Below, piece after piece: positions 1 to 8,968 of a stretch of 64,000 nt of DNA. The stretch lies in IMG/VR virus record IMGVR_UViG_3300032245_001127; one strand, written 5' to 3'. The stretch is from a virus. The number at the start of each line of letters is the position of its first letter. Positions within the stretch are counted from its first letter, which is position 1. Position numbers and translations under genes: made by a program. Below the pieces are notes generated by a model. The model searched no databases. It was not told where the DNA came from and saw nothing but the letters and a program-made list of their open reading frames with translations.

Positions 1-1547
1 GGAAGATAGTCAATCATATAATATAAAGATTCATTTAATGGTGTACTTGCTAAATTATAATTCGGCACCCATTGATATGGTTTTGCCATTAAAAGAGAAA
101 CCATACTATATAATTCTTTTTTATTCATTTTAGAAGTAAATAATTCAACTAGATTAAACCATCCTAATTCAAATTTTGACCAGTCTGGTGTTGTTGCTGA
201 TTGTAGTTTTTTTTGCTCTTTTAATTCTTTAAATTTTTTATAGTCTTCTGTATTATCAGTTCCATTTGTAAATGCTAATACTTGAAATGGAATATTTACT
301 TGATGACAAAACAGCACTAGAATAACTGTTTGCTTAATTACATCATCAAGACAAGCACTCATAGAACCAGACCAATCTACTAGCATTATCATTCCATGTT
401 GTTTGCCTTTTGGCAATACTTCTATAGATTTAAATAATTCATCTTTAATTTTATATGCATATAATTTTTTAATATCAATTTGACCTGTTTTATGCGATTT
501 TGTTTTATAATATGCATTTGCTGCTTTTTTCATTTCAAATTCTTTAACAAGATAATTTACTTCTTTTTTACAATCATCTAAAAACTTTTTACTAGCAGTT
601 TCACCTTGAGATAACTTATCTCTAATATATTGTGAAGAACTATATGGATTGTTTGCATCTTTTAATGTAGAAGTAACATAAGAATTTATTTCTTTAATAA
701 AATCTTTATATGAAATAATTGGATTGTATTTTAATGACTCAGTAGTATATGGAATGTTAATGTAATTAGTATTAACATTAGCACGATCGCGCAATTTAGA
801 ATCTAAAGATTTTTGAGTTTTAGGTAACATATCATCTTCATTATTAGAAGAAATATCTTTAGATGAACAACCATCGCTTTCAATTCCTGATTCAATGTCT
901 TCAGTCAATGAAGCAATTAAAGCATCTTGTTTAGCATCATTACTATCTTCTTCTGAACCATATTGAGCAGTTAATAATTCTATTGCTTTTTCTTTTTTAA
1001 CTCTTTGAATTTTAGCAAAATTTATAATCTCATTTGCAAGTTTATAAACGTCATCCAAAGTTTTACATCTATCAACCGCATGTACGTATTTTAATTCTTC
1101 GTTTGTAAATTTTACACCACAGTTATAACCAGCTTTATAGTATAAATTAATTCTATCGATTAAATTAAGTTTAGATAAATCTTTACCTTTAATTCCAAAA
1201 AAGTCTTTATCTTGTAATTCTTTATATGCAGATAAAAAAGTTTTTTTCAGTCCAGGATATTCTTTTTGAATGCCTTTCTCAATACGAACATCTTCAATCA
1301 CATTCATATATGAATGAAGAGTAACATCATCACCAATTTTTTTAGTATATTTTCCTGAAGTATAAAGAGCATGACCAACTTCGTGACCGATCAGCATTTC
1401 TTCTACGATCGGTGATAAATCTTTCCATGTTGGTAATGTTAATGTGCGAGATTCAATATCAAAAGATGCAGTAGATGCAGAACCACGAACGATATTAATA
1501 TCCTCTTTAGCGAGTAACTTAGCAATTAAATCTTTATAATTAATCAT
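1..1547 (-). CDS. CobT-like metallopeptidase/VWA-domain protein (3' end runs off the window; absent from the ORF track)
   Basis: Manual translation from ATG at 1547 gives MINYKDLIAKLLAKEDINIVRG...ASFDIESRTLTLPTW...LIGHEVGHALYT. HExxH at 1371-1385, followed by NVIEDVRIEK. MIDAS motif LVDWSGSM at 363-377 and STPLNES near the window edge are in the same frame. Confidence 0.85.
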   Translation of the reverse strand, partial: MINYKDLIAKLLAKEDINIVRGSASTASFDIESRTLTLPTWKDLSPIVEEMLIGHEVGHALYTSGKYTKKIGDDVTLHSYMNVIEDVRIEKGIQKEYPGLKKTFLSAYKELQDKDFFGIKGKDLSKLNLIDRINLYYKAGYNCGVKFTNEELKYVHAVDRCKTLDDVYKLANEIINFAKIQRVKKEKAIELLTAQYGSEEDSNDAKQDALIASLTEDIESGIESDGCSSKDISSNNEDDMLPKTQKSLDSKLRDRANVNTNYINIPYTTESLKYNPIISYKDFIKEINSYVTSTLKDANNPYSSSQYIRDKLSQGETASKKFLDDCKKEVNYLVKEFEMKKAANAYYKTKSHKTGQIDIKKLYAYKIKDELFKSIEVLPKGKQHGMIMLVDWSGSMSACLDDVIKQTVILVLFCHQVNIPFQVLAFTNGTDNTEDYKKFKELKEQKKLQSATTPDWSKFELGWFNLVELFTSKMNKKELYSMVSLLMAKPYQWVPNYNLASTPLNESLYYMIDYL

Positions 1548-1558
1548 ATATACCGACT

Positions 1559-1587
1559 ATTGTACTATAAAACCCTCTAAAAGTATA
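1559..1587 (-). promoter_or_regulatory. sigma70-like promoter
   Basis: TATACT-N17-TACAAT ending 11 nt before the ATG at 1547. Confidence 0.5.
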
Positions 1588-1659
1588 TACTTCTGGAAAA
1601 TAAAAAACGTATATATTTCAGTGACTTAGTTTAAATAGTTAAAGTGGTCATTCTATAAA

Positions 1660-1836
1660 TTAGCTAAAAAATGAATTTTCATTCATTCCAAACCATATTT
1701 CTTGACCATTTAAAAAATCATTAATTGTTTCGAGTGGGATATTTTCTACCGAAGATGCGTCGGCAATTGTACAAAGATACTCAGCTGTATTTGAGTCTAT
1801 GTCTTTATGTGAAGTGTAATTAAAATATAACGACAC
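1660..1836 (-). CDS. small acidic hypothetical protein (58 aa, GTG start; below the ORF-track cutoff)
   Basis: GGAG 9 nt before GTG at 1836; MSLYFNYTSHKDIDSNTAEYLCTIADASSVENIPLETINDFLNGQEIWFGMNENSFFS; fills an otherwise empty gap. Confidence 0.45.
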   Translation of the reverse strand: MSLYFNYTSHKDIDSNTAEYLCTIADASSVENIPLETINDFLNGQEIWFGMNENSFFS

Positions 1837-2011
1837 TGATAATTACTCCAAGAATAATACCTGCAAAAAACCATTTTCCACCAGCTACAAATCCAGCCCA
1901 AAATGCTTCTTTTTCTTTTTTTGCTTTCGCTTCGGCAATAAATCTTTGTTTGATTTTATCGTGTTTACTTTCTAAACTTCTTTTTGTATTCATTATATAA
2001 GGATAGTCCAT
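1820..2011 (-). CDS. small membrane protein, hypothetical
   Basis: 63 aa with a basic middle and a C-terminal hydrophobic helix WFFAGIILGVIISVVIF; own promoter directly upstream. Confidence 0.65.
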   Translation of the reverse strand: MDYPYIMNTKRSLESKHDKIKQRFIAEAKAKKEKEAFWAGFVAGGKWFFAGIILGVIISVVIF

Positions 2012-2018
2012 ATTACAT

Positions 2019-2047
2019 ATTATATATTATTAAATCTTGGAAGGCAA
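2019..2047 (-). promoter_or_regulatory. promoter of the TT(G/C)CAA-N12-TATAAT class
   Basis: TTGCCT-TCCAA-N12-TATAAT, 7 nt before the ATG at 2011. Confidence 0.7.
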
Positions 2048-2830
2048 CTATTCAGCTTTTAGTATTGGTCTTAAACGTCCTTCTCCTGTATAGCTTTTTT
2101 CTGTTACCATTTTACGAATTTGTCTATCCATTCGTTTTAAAGCCAAATCTAATTTAAGTTTTCCAACTCTTTGAGTAAAATCTATTCCTAACATATGATC
2201 GTATTCATGTTGAAAAACTCTTGCTACATATCCGTTATATTGTGTTATAACCTCTTCATTTTTAAAAGTTCTATATTTAACTTTAATTGATTCAGGTCTC
2301 GTAATTTTTAACCAAAGTCCTGGACGAGAAAGACATCCTTCTTCCATCATTGAAGTTTCTACTGATGATTCTATAATTTCTGGATTAAATACTGCAAAGT
2401 GATGATTTTCTACAACTGTAAGAACAAATACTTTAGCATCTACTCCTATTTGATTTGCTGATAAACCAGCACCACCAAGTTCTTTTGAAATTTTAATTAA
2501 TAAAATTCCTAGTTGTGCTGCTTCTTCAACAGTCTTCTTTTCAAAATCCCATAATGAACAAGGTTTCTTTAAAAGTGGGTGGTTCCAATGTATCAATCCA
2601 CCTTTAGTTTGAATAGGAGAAATTATATTTTTACCATCGCTCGTTTGAATAATATCAACAGGAACTTCTATTGGTTTTTGTTTTTCTGGAGTTGGGGTTG
2701 GAGTTGGTGTTTCAATTTTAGTAACTCTTTCATCAAAACTTTCTTCAACTATTGGTAATTTTCTTTTTGGTGCAATGGGATTGCCATTCTCATCAACTTC
2801 ATTCCATTGTGCTTCTATGATATCGCTCAT
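2048..2830 (-). CDS. def: peptide deformylase with N-terminal extension
   Basis: All three PDF motifs present: GAGLSANQIG, EEGCLS, QHEYDHMLG. Confidence 0.95.
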   Translation of the reverse strand: MSDIIEAQWNEVDENGNPIAPKRKLPIVEESFDERVTKIETPTPTPTPEKQKPIEVPVDIIQTSDGKNIISPIQTKGGLIHWNHPLLKKPCSLWDFEKKTVEEAAQLGILLIKISKELGGAGLSANQIGVDAKVFVLTVVENHHFAVFNPEIIESSVETSMMEEGCLSRPGLWLKITRPESIKVKYRTFKNEEVITQYNGYVARVFQHEYDHMLGIDFTQRVGKLKLDLALKRMDRQIRKMVTEKSYTGEGRLRPILKAE

Positions 2831-3066
2831 TCTTTTATTCCTAATTCTTTACATATACGTTTATATTCATGTTTCATATTATGTAATTGTAGTTTTCTTT
2901 TTTCGTTTTCAGGTGTTGTTCTTTTACTTTCTTTCACCCAAGATTCTAACATTTTTAATTTAAACACCAAATGTGCGTGTTTATCTTTTAATAAACGTTT
3001 TGTCTTGGCTGGGTTTTGCTGATCGTTCTCTTTTCGAGAATTTATTTTTTTAGATTTTTTTCTCAT
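2827..3066 (-). CDS. basic hypothetical protein (79 aa)
   Basis: Tiles between gp46 and def with an ATGA overlap; Lys/Arg-rich. Confidence 0.7.
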   Translation of the reverse strand: MRKKSKKINSRKENDQQNPAKTKRLLKDKHAHLVFKLKMLESWVKESKRTTPENEKRKLQLHNMKHEYKRICKELGIKE

Positions 3067-3067
3067 A

Positions 3068-4780
3068 TTATACGTTTACGATTGTAGAGAAGTCATTTTT
3101 CTTCTCGAATTTAATAGTACCTTGAAATTTTTCAATCAAAGTATCGCCTTTATGGCTAATTACAAATACGTTGACTTGAGAATCCATTTGAGAGATTAAG
3201 TTTAAGAAATAATCAGTCCCAGCTGAATCCAATGATGAGTCAAATATTTCATCAAGTATCAATAAACTTGTATTAATACTATTCTTCATTTTCGCAATCT
3301 GTCGCCATGTAAACAAAATCGCCAAGTCTATACGCATCTTTTCACCCTCTGAAAAACTGTCATAAGTAAATTCATCTCTGTGTCTTGAACGTATAGTCTC
3401 GTTGAAGTTCTCATCTAATTCAAAATGGACGAAAAAATCCATTGCTTGTAAATATTTATTGATTAGTTTATTCATTACTGGTAAATACTTTCGAATAATT
3501 GCAGTTTTAACACCAGTATCTTGTAGTAATATTTTAGAAGCACTTTCTATCTCTGATTGTTTAAGTAATTCAGTTCTCGCATTTACTTGTTCTAATGCAT
3601 TTTTAGCAAGTTCTTTTAATTTTTCTTTCTGTTTTTCTACACTATTATCTGATGTAGAAATAGAATTTTTTTCTTCTAATAAATCATCAATTGAGGTTTG
3701 GATTAAACTAATGCTTGAAGTATAATTAGATACTTCGCTCGTACACTCGTTTATTTTAATATTTGTTCTTTTAATTTCTTTTAATTTCTCACCAATAGCA
3801 GCAAATGCTTCAACTATTTTATGAGCACGAAGTTCTATATCAGCACGATCTTTAGAAAGTTTATTAATTGCGTTTTCTTTTGCTGCTATTAATTGGTCGC
3901 ACGTTGGACAAGTATCATTATTTTCAAAAAATTCTATTTTTTCATTTAATTGCTCTACTTTACTCTCATTTTTTGCGATTAATGATTTTGCTTTTTCAAA
4001 TCTATCATATACTACATCTTCTTCTTCAATAGATTTCTTATATTCGCTAATTCGATTATTACAATCAATAATTTGTTTCTTAATTGATTCTATTTGCTCA
4101 TTATATTTGAGTATTTTATTATCTATTTTTTCTACAGTCTCTGTTTTAGTTACTGAAAGATTATCTATAATTGCTTGTTGTGCGTTTGCTGCAGCACGAG
4201 CAATCTCAATATTTTTATTTGCTTCGCTTAATGATTCTTTGGTTTCAAACATCTTAGATTTAAGAACTTCATTCATCTTACTGAATATTCCTATATCTAA
4301 AATATCTTCAATAACTAATCTACGATGATAAGGAATTAATTGCATAAATGGAACATAAGAAGCAGATCCGAGTATGCATACTTGACAAAAAGTTCTGTAA
4401 TTAATCTTTAAAATTTGTTCTTCAATAATTTTTTGATAATCGCTTACAGCTGCAGTTTGATTTTGTAATACGTCATTCTCATAAAAAGCAAATTTATTTG
4501 GCTTAATTGAACGATATATTCTATAAGAAATTGTTCCTGAAGTAAATTCTATTTCTACTTCTGCGTTTTTACCATTAATTGTATTTACTAATTGTGCTTT
4601 TTTAACTTGACGAAATGGTTCACCAAATAAAGCGAATGTGAGTGCATCAAGTATTGTAGATTTACCATCTCCATTTTTACCAATAATTAATGTTGTACGG
4701 AAACGATCTAGTTGAACTTCGTTCCAAACATTACCAGTAGATAAAAAATTACGCCATTTTAATTTACGAAAAACTATCAT
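3068..4780 (-). CDS. gp46: recombination endonuclease ATPase subunit (Rad50/SbcC-like)
   Basis: Walker A GKNGDGKST, coiled coil with CPTC zinc hook, FSEGE signature, LILDE Walker B, ISH; adjacent to gp47. Confidence 0.97.
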   Translation of the reverse strand: MIVFRKLKWRNFLSTGNVWNEVQLDRFRTTLIIGKNGDGKSTILDALTFALFGEPFRQVKKAQLVNTINGKNAEVEIEFTSGTISYRIYRSIKPNKFAFYENDVLQNQTAAVSDYQKIIEEQILKINYRTFCQVCILGSASYVPFMQLIPYHRRLVIEDILDIGIFSKMNEVLKSKMFETKESLSEANKNIEIARAAANAQQAIIDNLSVTKTETVEKIDNKILKYNEQIESIKKQIIDCNNRISEYKKSIEEEDVVYDRFEKAKSLIAKNESKVEQLNEKIEFFENNDTCPTCDQLIAAKENAINKLSKDRADIELRAHKIVEAFAAIGEKLKEIKRTNIKINECTSEVSNYTSSISLIQTSIDDLLEEKNSISTSDNSVEKQKEKLKELAKNALEQVNARTELLKQSEIESASKILLQDTGVKTAIIRKYLPVMNKLINKYLQAMDFFVHFELDENFNETIRSRHRDEFTYDSFSEGEKMRIDLAILFTWRQIAKMKNSINTSLLILDEIFDSSLDSAGTDYFLNLISQMDSQVNVFVISHKGDTLIEKFQGTIKFEKKNDFSTIVNV

Positions 4781-4791
4781 ATAAGAGGAGT

Positions 4792-4820
4792 ATTATACCC
4801 TAATTTGTTTTGCAAGTATA
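4792..4820 (-). promoter_or_regulatory. promoter of the TT(G/C)CAA-N12-TATAAT class (gp46)
   Basis: TATACT-TGCAA-N12-TATAAT in the gp47-gp46 gap. Confidence 0.7.
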
Positions 4821-5882
4821 TTATTCTTTTGCAGTATTGTCAGTTGAGATCGCTTCAACATGCAAAGATTTTAAAAATGATTTGAGTTTTGGTTTATCAA
4901 TTACTGTTTCGATTGACTCAATATATGTGTCAAGAATGCTTAGAGTATCTTCAATATGTACTTCGTCATTTATATCGCCAGATGAAAGGTCTGCAAAAGT
5001 TTCCAAGATTTTAACATCATATGGATCTGAGTTATAAACCTTTTTGATAAACGTGTCAAATTTATAAAGATCTTTTTTATTCAAAATAAGAATTTTAATA
5101 TATTTGTGCTTACAAACACTAAAATCAAAAGGGTTGTGTTCAAAATAAGATTCATCATACTCAATTTTATAGAACATTGTGTATGGGTTATATATGAATT
5201 CAAGTTCACGAGTATTTGTATCAAAAATGTGGAATCCTCTTCGATCTGCATAATCCATCCATGTTAATTCATATGGATTACCAAGATAATATATATTATC
5301 ACCTTTTGAACGATGATGGTAATGACCTGTAAATACTTTATCAAATTTTTTAAATGTAGAAACTGGCAAACCATTTACACTTTTAGTTCCACCAACATGC
5401 ATTAAGAATCCTTGTATTTCAAAATGACCCATACAAATTTCAGCTGTTGTCGTGTTCATTTCATTAATGCACTGAGTAAAATTATCAGCACACAACCAAG
5501 GAACCATACAAATCTTTAAACCATCTAATGTGATAGTAGTTGGGTCTGGTAAGAATTTTATATTTTTATATTCGTTAAGGAGTAGCGAAATAGAATTAAG
5601 ATCGTTGGTATTACGATAGTAAGTATCGTGATTACCAGCAATCATGTAGGTAGTATAATTTTTTATTTTATCGAAAAAGAATTTACGACTTTGCGCAAGA
5701 GTTGCGTAGTTGATATATTTACGACGATCAAACACATCTCCTAGATGTAAGATAGTATCTATTTTATATTCTTCACATTTAGGAAAAAATATATTATCAA
5801 AAAATCTTTCTTGAGCATCTAAAAAATGAGAAACATCATTACGTGCTCCAAAATGTGTATCAGTTATAATTGCTATCTTCAT
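4821..5882 (-). CDS. gp47: recombination endonuclease nuclease subunit (Mre11/SbcD-like)
   Basis: Phosphoesterase motifs DTHFG, LGDVFD, GNHD, GHFE, GHYH. ATG at 5882 (MKIAIITD) preferred over TTG at 5891. Confidence 0.96.
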   Translation of the reverse strand: MKIAIITDTHFGARNDVSHFLDAQERFFDNIFFPKCEEYKIDTILHLGDVFDRRKYINYATLAQSRKFFFDKIKNYTTYMIAGNHDTYYRNTNDLNSISLLLNEYKNIKFLPDPTTITLDGLKICMVPWLCADNFTQCINEMNTTTAEICMGHFEIQGFLMHVGGTKSVNGLPVSTFKKFDKVFTGHYHHRSKGDNIYYLGNPYELTWMDYADRRGFHIFDTNTRELEFIYNPYTMFYKIEYDESYFEHNPFDFSVCKHKYIKILILNKKDLYKFDTFIKKVYNSDPYDVKILETFADLSSGDINDEVHIEDTLSILDTYIESIETVIDKPKLKSFLKSLHVEAISTDNTAKE

Positions 5883-6429
5883 TATCTTCAAATCCTATCT
5901 GTTCAATATTTTTTTTCATTTTACGAGCAACCTTACGTTTTTCTAACCAATCATCGAAATTACGATTCTTCTTCATAAATTCTACGAATGCTTCTAGGTT
6001 GTTAGCTTCATTATTCTCATCAAGTACTGCAAATAATTCAGGAGGAAGATTGAGTATTAATTTATTTTTGATGTAGGATTGTTTTTTCTCTCTCATAATT
6101 CTTCTTAAGAATGCAAAGTAAATTATTTGAGTGAAATAAGAAAACGGATTGCTTGATTTTTTAGGATCAAAGTTATGTATATATTGAATACAGTTTTCAA
6201 TACCATCAAGAATCATATCATCACGATATGTGTAATTACTAAAATTCGGTTTAAGTGATAGACGAGTTGCTATCTTAAGAATGCAGTCGCCAACATACTC
6301 GGGAACTTTTGGTTTATCTTCGCCACTATTTTCTGCATCTTCGCATTCAGCTTTCCATACTATAAGTGCAGATAAAAGATCGGCATTATTTACATAATGC
6401 TCTTTAGATTTTGGTTTGGTAGATTTCAT
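5860..6429 (-). CDS. gp55: late-transcription sigma factor
   Basis: HYVNN..., NFSNYTYRDDMILDGIENC, NPFSYFTQIIYFAFLRRI; upstream of gp47. Confidence 0.96.
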   Translation of the reverse strand: MKSTKPKSKEHYVNNADLLSALIVWKAECEDAENSGEDKPKVPEYVGDCILKIATRLSLKPNFSNYTYRDDMILDGIENCIQYIHNFDPKKSSNPFSYFTQIIYFAFLRRIMREKKQSYIKNKLILNLPPELFAVLDENNEANNLEAFVEFMKKNRNFDDWLEKRKVARKMKKNIEQIGFEDNEDSNYN

Positions 6430-6435
6430 AAAAAT

Positions 6436-6464
6436 ATTATATAATAATTAATATTGCAACGCAA
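6436..6464 (-). promoter_or_regulatory. promoter of the TT(G/C)CAA-N12-TATAAT class (gp55)
   Basis: TTGCGT-TGCAA-N12-TATAAT, 6 nt before the ATG. Confidence 0.75.
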
Positions 6465-6468
6465 GCAC

Positions 6469-6497
6469 TTTACTTCCAATTTTAAGACCAGTACAAT
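6469..6497 (+). promoter_or_regulatory. divergent/antisense promoter of the same class
   Basis: TTTACT-TCCAA-N12-TACAAT, back-to-back with the gp55 promoter; no credible plus-strand ORF downstream. Confidence 0.55.
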
Positions 6498-6521
6498 AAC
6501 CCTGTCAGGTTTGATGATCTA

Positions 6522-7013
6522 TTAATGCAGTTTATCATTTCTTGTCTTTTTTAGTTTATTTAAAACATCTGATAAACGATCTTGCATTTCTTCGTTTATA
6601 CTCTCATCATCCCACTCTTCGTCATCTTCTGCCATCAGAGTAGTTGGTGGATTAGTTTCTACTTCTGTCTTGCGAATCGTTTCATCAAAATAAAGAAGTT
6701 CTCTCTCATGTTGTTCATAAAGAGATATATAAAATGGTATTGCAACTGAATGAAGTTTCTTTGCAAAAAGTAAATGATCCTTCTTAAAGGTGAATACACG
6801 ATTCTCTGCAAAACTGCAAAAAGGACCAGCAGTAACTGATTCAACTATATTACCAGTTCTTAATATTCTCGGATAATTCTTAACTATAAATGGAAATTCT
6901 ACTGTTATTTCTTGAGAAGTTTCAGAAAGTTTGATCGCAAGTAACACTTCGCCTGAAGTAAGTTTGAGAATGGTAAAATTTTCACTGGTCGATAGTGGTC
7001 TTGGTGTCTGCAT
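6522..7013 (-). CDS. hypothetical protein between uvsW and gp55
   Basis: ILKLTSGEVLLA beta-rich N-terminus, acidic tail ending KLH; usual position in aquatic T4-like phages. Confidence 0.8.
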   Translation of the reverse strand: MQTPRPLSTSENFTILKLTSGEVLLAIKLSETSQEITVEFPFIVKNYPRILRTGNIVESVTAGPFCSFAENRVFTFKKDHLLFAKKLHSVAIPFYISLYEQHERELLYFDETIRKTEVETNPPTTLMAEDDEEWDDESINEEMQDRLSDVLNKLKKTRNDKLH

Positions 7014-8499
7014 TTATTTTTACCTCTATTATTTTAAAATCAAATTTTTCTTCGCTGTATTGTCGAATGCGTTCAAAAAAATGTTTAAGTGTATGATTTT
7101 TCCATTTTTTTACTGAAAGATCATCTGCTATATCATATAGATTGCAAATAGTTTTTCCTTCTTTTAATCTTAACCCTCTACCAATACTTTGCAAATTTCT
7201 TATTTTTGATTTAGATGGGCTTGCAAATATAATGTTTTCGATACTCGGTATATTAATTCCTGTACTGAAAGTTCCATAACTTGCAACAATAATACAGTCA
7301 TTCGTATCATTGGCAAATTCACGTATTGCTTCTCGATCAGATACAATCGTATTTCCAGATACGAAATAAACTTTTTTATTAAATTCTTTCTCTTTTTTAT
7401 TTAGGTACTCATATAATGGTATTCCATGCTTTTGTACGAATTGATAAAGGATAAGTGTATTTCCTTTTGTCTTTAATGCAAGATCGCATATAAACTTATT
7501 CCTTTTCTCAAAAGTAACTAGAAAATCCATCTCATCAGAGAATATATTGTTTTTTCTTCCAAGGCATGTTATTTCATCGTATTTAAGCAATAGACACGTT
7601 ATCGAAAGTTTAGCTAGTTTGTTCGTTTCCATTAATCTCGACGTGCTGGTGACCTTGTATAACGTTCCAAATAGCCCTTCTAGAACGAGTTTATGTACCT
7701 TTCGATTATCAATAGTTCCAGTGGTTCCAATACGATATGGAAGATTTTTACATTTTTCCAATATACTAATTAAAGATCGTGCTTTAAATTGGTGTGCTTC
7801 GTCTCCAAAGAATACTGAGAAACTATTAAAATATGAAGCAGGTAATCGATATATACTTTGCCATGTAGTAATTAAAACATTTTTTTCGAATGTTTTACTA
7901 AATCCACTATACAGTTTTTGACAGTTATTCTGTACATCCCAACCATTGACTCTTGAATAATCAATAAAATCTGTATATAACTGTTCAACTAAATTTGTTG
8001 TTGGAACAACGATAATGCACTTGCGTTTATTTTCTAAATGCCAACGCATAATAGAATAGATAATTAAAGATTTTCCTGATGCTGTTGGTGAGAGTAAAAG
8101 TGTTCTTGTTTCTGAGATTGCGTTATGAATTGCGTTAATTTGATAATCACGTATTTCTAAATCTTTTGTTGCGTTTGATAATAATAGTGATTTGGTGTAT
8201 TCAGATATTTGATTAATAGTGATTGGAATTTTTACACTCGGAATACGATTTTCGATATTATAGCCACGTTCATTCGCGAACATTTCTACATATGATAATA
8301 GCCCAGCATAAAGTGTTTTTCGAAATAAATCGTAAAGTCTTACTTTTCCATCCCATATGCGAGCACGAAATTGTGGTGTAAATCTTGCTCCAGGATATTC
8401 ATAAGTAAAGAAATCTACTAATTCTCTTTCAATAGAATCTTCGCTTAAAACCCGAATATGAGTTTCATCTAATTTTTCGATTATAATATTATGCGCCAC
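6982..8499 (-). CDS. uvsW: UvsW SF2 helicase
   Basis: WDGKVRL, SPTASGKS, DEAH, TTGT, QSIGRGLR; follows uvsY. Confidence 0.97.
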   Translation of the reverse strand: MAHNIIIEKLDETHIRVLSEDSIERELVDFFTYEYPGARFTPQFRARIWDGKVRLYDLFRKTLYAGLLSYVEMFANERGYNIENRIPSVKIPITINQISEYTKSLLLSNATKDLEIRDYQINAIHNAISETRTLLLSPTASGKSLIIYSIMRWHLENKRKCIIVVPTTNLVEQLYTDFIDYSRVNGWDVQNNCQKLYSGFSKTFEKNVLITTWQSIYRLPASYFNSFSVFFGDEAHQFKARSLISILEKCKNLPYRIGTTGTIDNRKVHKLVLEGLFGTLYKVTSTSRLMETNKLAKLSITCLLLKYDEITCLGRKNNIFSDEMDFLVTFEKRNKFICDLALKTKGNTLILYQFVQKHGIPLYEYLNKKEKEFNKKVYFVSGNTIVSDREAIREFANDTNDCIIVASYGTFSTGINIPSIENIIFASPSKSKIRNLQSIGRGLRLKEGKTICNLYDIADDLSVKKWKNHTLKHFFERIRQYSEEKFDFKIIEVKINADTKTTIDQ

Positions 8500-8926
8500 T
8501 GATAAACTGTTTCCATTGAATTGCGTTACGGATTTGCCAGTCTCTCGCTTTGATTTGATTTAATATTGATTCTAAATATTCAACTATACTTGTAAGATAT
8601 TCAATTTTTAATTTTGCTTTAATTAGATCAGAATCGCCATTTAAAAATTCATCCATTTCATTTCTTAATGGTTTTATACCTTGCCACTGTTCCCAGCCAG
8701 CCAATTCTAATTCTCCTTTGGACATCTCACCTCGATAATAACGAAATTTTTTTGTACGCAGCATCGCATATTCAGAGTTAGCTGAAGTGACACGATGTTT
8801 ATGTGATATTAAATGATGAAGATATTTTGCATGCATTGCAGGTGTTCGAACGCTCTCACGATCTAAATGATCATCGTCAATCTTGCAATCGCTATTCCAT
8901 TCATTTTGTAATTCTTCCAAAGTCAT
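8489..8926 (-). CDS. uvsY: recombination mediator UvsY
   Basis: MTLEELQNEW..D..ID, HAKYL, YYRG, RDWQIRNAIQWKQFISG. Confidence 0.93.
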   Translation of the reverse strand: MTLEELQNEWNSDCKIDDDHLDRESVRTPAMHAKYLHHLISHKHRVTSANSEYAMLRTKKFRYYRGEMSKGELELAGWEQWQGIKPLRNEMDEFLNGDSDLIKAKLKIEYLTSIVEYLESILNQIKARDWQIRNAIQWKQFISGA

Positions 8927-8933
8927 AATTTAT

Positions 8934-8962
8934 ATTATATAATAAAAACTCTTGCAAAGCAA
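8934..8962 (-). promoter_or_regulatory. promoter of the TT(G/C)CAA-N12-TATAAT class (uvsY)
   Basis: TTGCTT-TGCAA-N12-TATAAT, 7 nt before the ATG. Confidence 0.75.
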
Positions 8963-8968
8963 TGAATT

